This document shows, piece after piece, positions 60,973-64,000 of a stretch of 64,000 nucleotides of DNA. The DNA is from Mobula hypostoma (lineage: Eukaryota): positions 13,766,001 to 13,830,000 of the forward strand of contig NC_086118.1 in NCBI RefSeq assembly GCF_963921235.1, written 5' to 3'. Under the pieces are notes generated by a model that had not been told where the DNA came from, ran no database searches, and worked only from the letters and a program-made list of their open reading frames with translations. Each line of letters opens with the position of its first letter. The first letter of the stretch is position 1. The translations under genes were made by a program, and so were the position numbers.

Positions 60973-62931
60973 TGTAAGGGGTTTCTTCTTTTATGTTACT
61001 GCTAAGGCTAATAAAAATGGCTTCTTTGTTAGGTTAGAATAGAATGGCTTCTTTGTTATGTTAACTGCTGAGAAAGTGCTTCTCTTTCGCAGCTTGTTTG
61101 GGTTATAATTACTGATAAAGAGAATTGTATTAATTTGCCAACCAATTGGGATAGATGTTATTCTTTCTTGTGTGTCTGTAAGCTATTGTTTTCACAGTCT
61201 TTGGGGTAGAAGGCACGATGGGGACAGAGAGAGGAGGCACGATGCTGTAAACTGGGCGACAGAATGGACCCTGAGAGGGAGTCCGAGGCCCAGGGTCTTT
61301 GGTGAGGAGAGGAGACAAGGACAGAATCGGGTGGAGTGTCTGGTCAACCACCGTGGTTGGTCCCAGGTGGTGAGTCGAGGAGGTCGGAGGGGATCAAATG
61401 GTGGAAAGAAGACCCCGTTCATTGAGCTCCAACTGTTGTGCACGAAGTGGTTGAACTTTGATAAGTTTGGCGCCTTTTACTTTCCTTTTATATTTTATCT
61501 CTGTTAATTACATATTTCCAGTAAGATCTATAAAGTGTAATCACTTAATTGCATATGGTATATTGTCTGTTATTTGGCGGGGTGGGGTACATCACACAGC
61601 ATCCACACAAACTTGATTATAGAGTTTGGAGGGGCCAAAGGCTGCTCCCCCTAGACGAAAGCTAGCTGAGTAAGCCTGAGGCTCACCATGGGGCTACATT
61701 TTGGGGTGACTCATCCGGAATATGGATTTTTGTAGGATGATGTGCTGGATGGGTGGTACATGCTGCCTTTTGCTAACGTCCTCTTGTTGGATGAACAGAC
61801 TTTTGGCTCTTCTCCCACTGACTCAGGGGAGTGAGGAGGGTTAGCTGTGAGCAGCATGGGTTACAGCAGGACCCTGAAGGAAAAGAATCGGGGCCCTGGA
61901 CACGGGACAGGGGGCTCCGAGTTGCAGTGGGGTCATGAGTGAGAGATTGAGAGAAGATTTGGCAAGCAGACCCGAGGTATCCCCAGTAGCGTCCGAGCTT
62001 GAAGGGTTTAGGTGAGGGGGTACGGAGGTCTTGGAGGATTAGGAAACACCCAGATAGGTTGGCCTATGTAGCACCTGAGGAACAGGGCGTAAGGTTTGGA
62101 GAGCAATGTCACTGTTTGTACCTGGATTGGGTTTTTGTGTCTGCAGGAATGGTTGGCGAGTAATTTAGAAGTCATGAGGACATGACTAAATTTGGTGGGG
62201 GGGAAGTGTAAGGGTTTTCTTGTTTTATGTTATTGCTAAGGCTAATAAAAATGGCTTCTTTGTTGTGTTAGAATAAAATGGTTTATTTGTTATGTTAACT
62301 GCTGAGAAGGTGCTTCTCTCTAGCAGTTTGTTTGGGTTATAATTACTGATAAAGAGAATTGTATTCATTTGCTAACCAATTGGGATAGATGTTATACTTT
62401 CTTGTGTGTCTGTAAGCTATTGCTTTTGCTGGCTTTGGGGCAGAAGGCGTGATGGGGACAGAGAGAGGAGACACGATGCAGTAAGCTGGGCGTCGGAACG
62501 GACCCCGAGTGGGAGTCCGAGGCCCAGGGTCTTTGGTGAGGAGAGGAGACGAGGACAGACTCAGATGGAATGTCTGGTTGACCACCGTGGTTGGTCTCAG
62601 GCAGGGGGTCGAGGAGGTTGGAGGGGATCGAATGATGGAAAGAAGACTCGGTTAATTGAGCTCCAACGGTTGTGCATGAAGTGGTTGGACTTTGATAAGT
62701 TTGGCGCCTTTTACTTTGCTTTCATATTTTATCTCTGTTAATTACATAGTTCCAGTAAGATCTATAAAGTGTAATAATTTAATTGCATATGGTGTATTGT
62801 CGGTTATTTGGTGGGGTGGGGTACATCACACAGCATCCACACAAACTCGATTACAGAGTTTGGCGGGCTGAAGGCTGCTCCCCCTAGACAAAAGCGAGCT
62901 GAGCGAGCCTGAGGCTTACCAGGGGGCTATA
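60973..62931 (+). mobile_element. Non-autonomous two-LTR retroelement with a 508-bp internal region
   Basis: LTRs 60973-61698 and 62207-62931; perfect TSD TACA; tRNA-Pro-like PBS at ~61702-61721; PPT GGGGGGGAAG before 62207. Confidence 0.92.
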
Positions 62932-63445
62932 TACACATCAAACTGACATTATTGTTTCTTCATCATCACTGGGTCATTTTCATAGAAATTCCAATCTGAT
63001 TTAAATGTGTGGTATCTTCATTAAATGGATGGCAGTGACTCAGGAAGGCAGCTTACACCAGGTATGAACTATAAAGCCTAGCCATCAACGTTCAGCTCCT
63101 GTGAAAGAACAGATGCGATATTTTTACTGGTAGCTGTGATTATTGTACCTTACAAATTGCACATTTTACTGGAAGAACAGATTTTTAAAGTTTACGCATA
63201 GACATTTGTGCAATTTCTTAATTATCCTGGAAAAAGGTGAGGTACATGAAGATAATCAAGTTCCCAGAAATATTCTCCACTACAGTAGTACTCATTCAAT
63301 GCAGTTCTTGTACCAATAGTGTTGAAAACACTACTATTTTTCAGCCATTTCATATGTTATACTCTTGTGATATGGAAGGAGACTGCTTAGACTATTGGGT
63401 CTGGACAGGTTTTCTAAGCAATCCCATCAAGCCCACATTCGTGTC

Positions 63446-63544
63446 AACACACACAAAATGCTGGAAGAACAGGCAGCAGGCCAGGCAACATCTATGGAAA
63501 AGAGTAAATAGTCCATGTTTTGTTCCAAGACCCTTCAGCAGGAC
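63446..63544 (-). mobile_element. Penelope terminal-repeat mini-copy, decayed hammerhead
   Basis: Minus-strand GTCCTGCTGAAGGGTCTTGGAACAAAAC..ATAGATGTTGCCTGGCCTGCTG..CAGCATTTTGTGTGTGTT. Confidence 0.75.
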
Positions 63545-64000
63545 CCACACTCACACCTCTACAAATTTCCCAGTTACACACCAGAGAGTGAAGCCCAACT
63601 ACTACAGTTTTTGGTTAATTACCACTACAATTTGTTTTTGCCCAAATACTGCAGCTTTAGAACTTTTACTTTGATTTACTGCAAATGTAGTTATCAACAA
63701 AGCATTATGTCATCCAGAATTTTAATGGTCTTAAATAATTTGAATTGTGCAATCATTAACTTCTTCCAATTTTTTAAAGTATTGACAGTGCAAAAACACT
63801 GAAGGGGCCCAGGTTAGCACAGAGTGGTTGCAGCTGTTGCTACTAACTATTGTTTGGTAACCCTCTGGAAAGAGCTCTTCACCATAGCATATGCCAACCT
63901 ATTACGTTACATTCACACACTCCGTACCCATGGAGGAACGGAGACTATCAGTGCAAATTAAAGCTAAGCATTTGGAAATGTTCTAGAACATTCTAGTGCT

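Overview
This is eukaryotic, repeat-dense DNA with no host protein-coding gene that I can support. The repeat families (CR1, Rex-Babar, V-SINE, Neptune-type Penelope) suggest a vertebrate, probably a cartilaginous fish; that is inference. Nearly all long ORFs belong to transposable elements. Highlights: (1) a five-level nest at about 6.6-25.4 kb: old Gypsy > ERV-L/Fv1-like class III retrovirus > non-autonomous Harbinger > Gmr1-type SCAN-Gag Gypsy > intact Penelope element. (2) The Penelope element has one open RT+GIY-YIG ORF bracketed by two identical minimal hammerhead ribozymes. Several ~100-130 bp derivatives start at the ribozyme's 5' edge, and one is a fold-back insertion with a 14-bp TSD. 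(3) A full-length CR1 LINE whose AUG-less ORF2 looks reachable only by a -1 frameshift at U_UUA_AAC placed directly before the ORF1 stop. (4) A small two-LTR non-autonomous element, solo LTRs, and L1, Nimb-like, Rex-Babar, RTE, SINE and Tc1 remnants. All similarities were judged by eye and from remembered family motifs; no searches were run.
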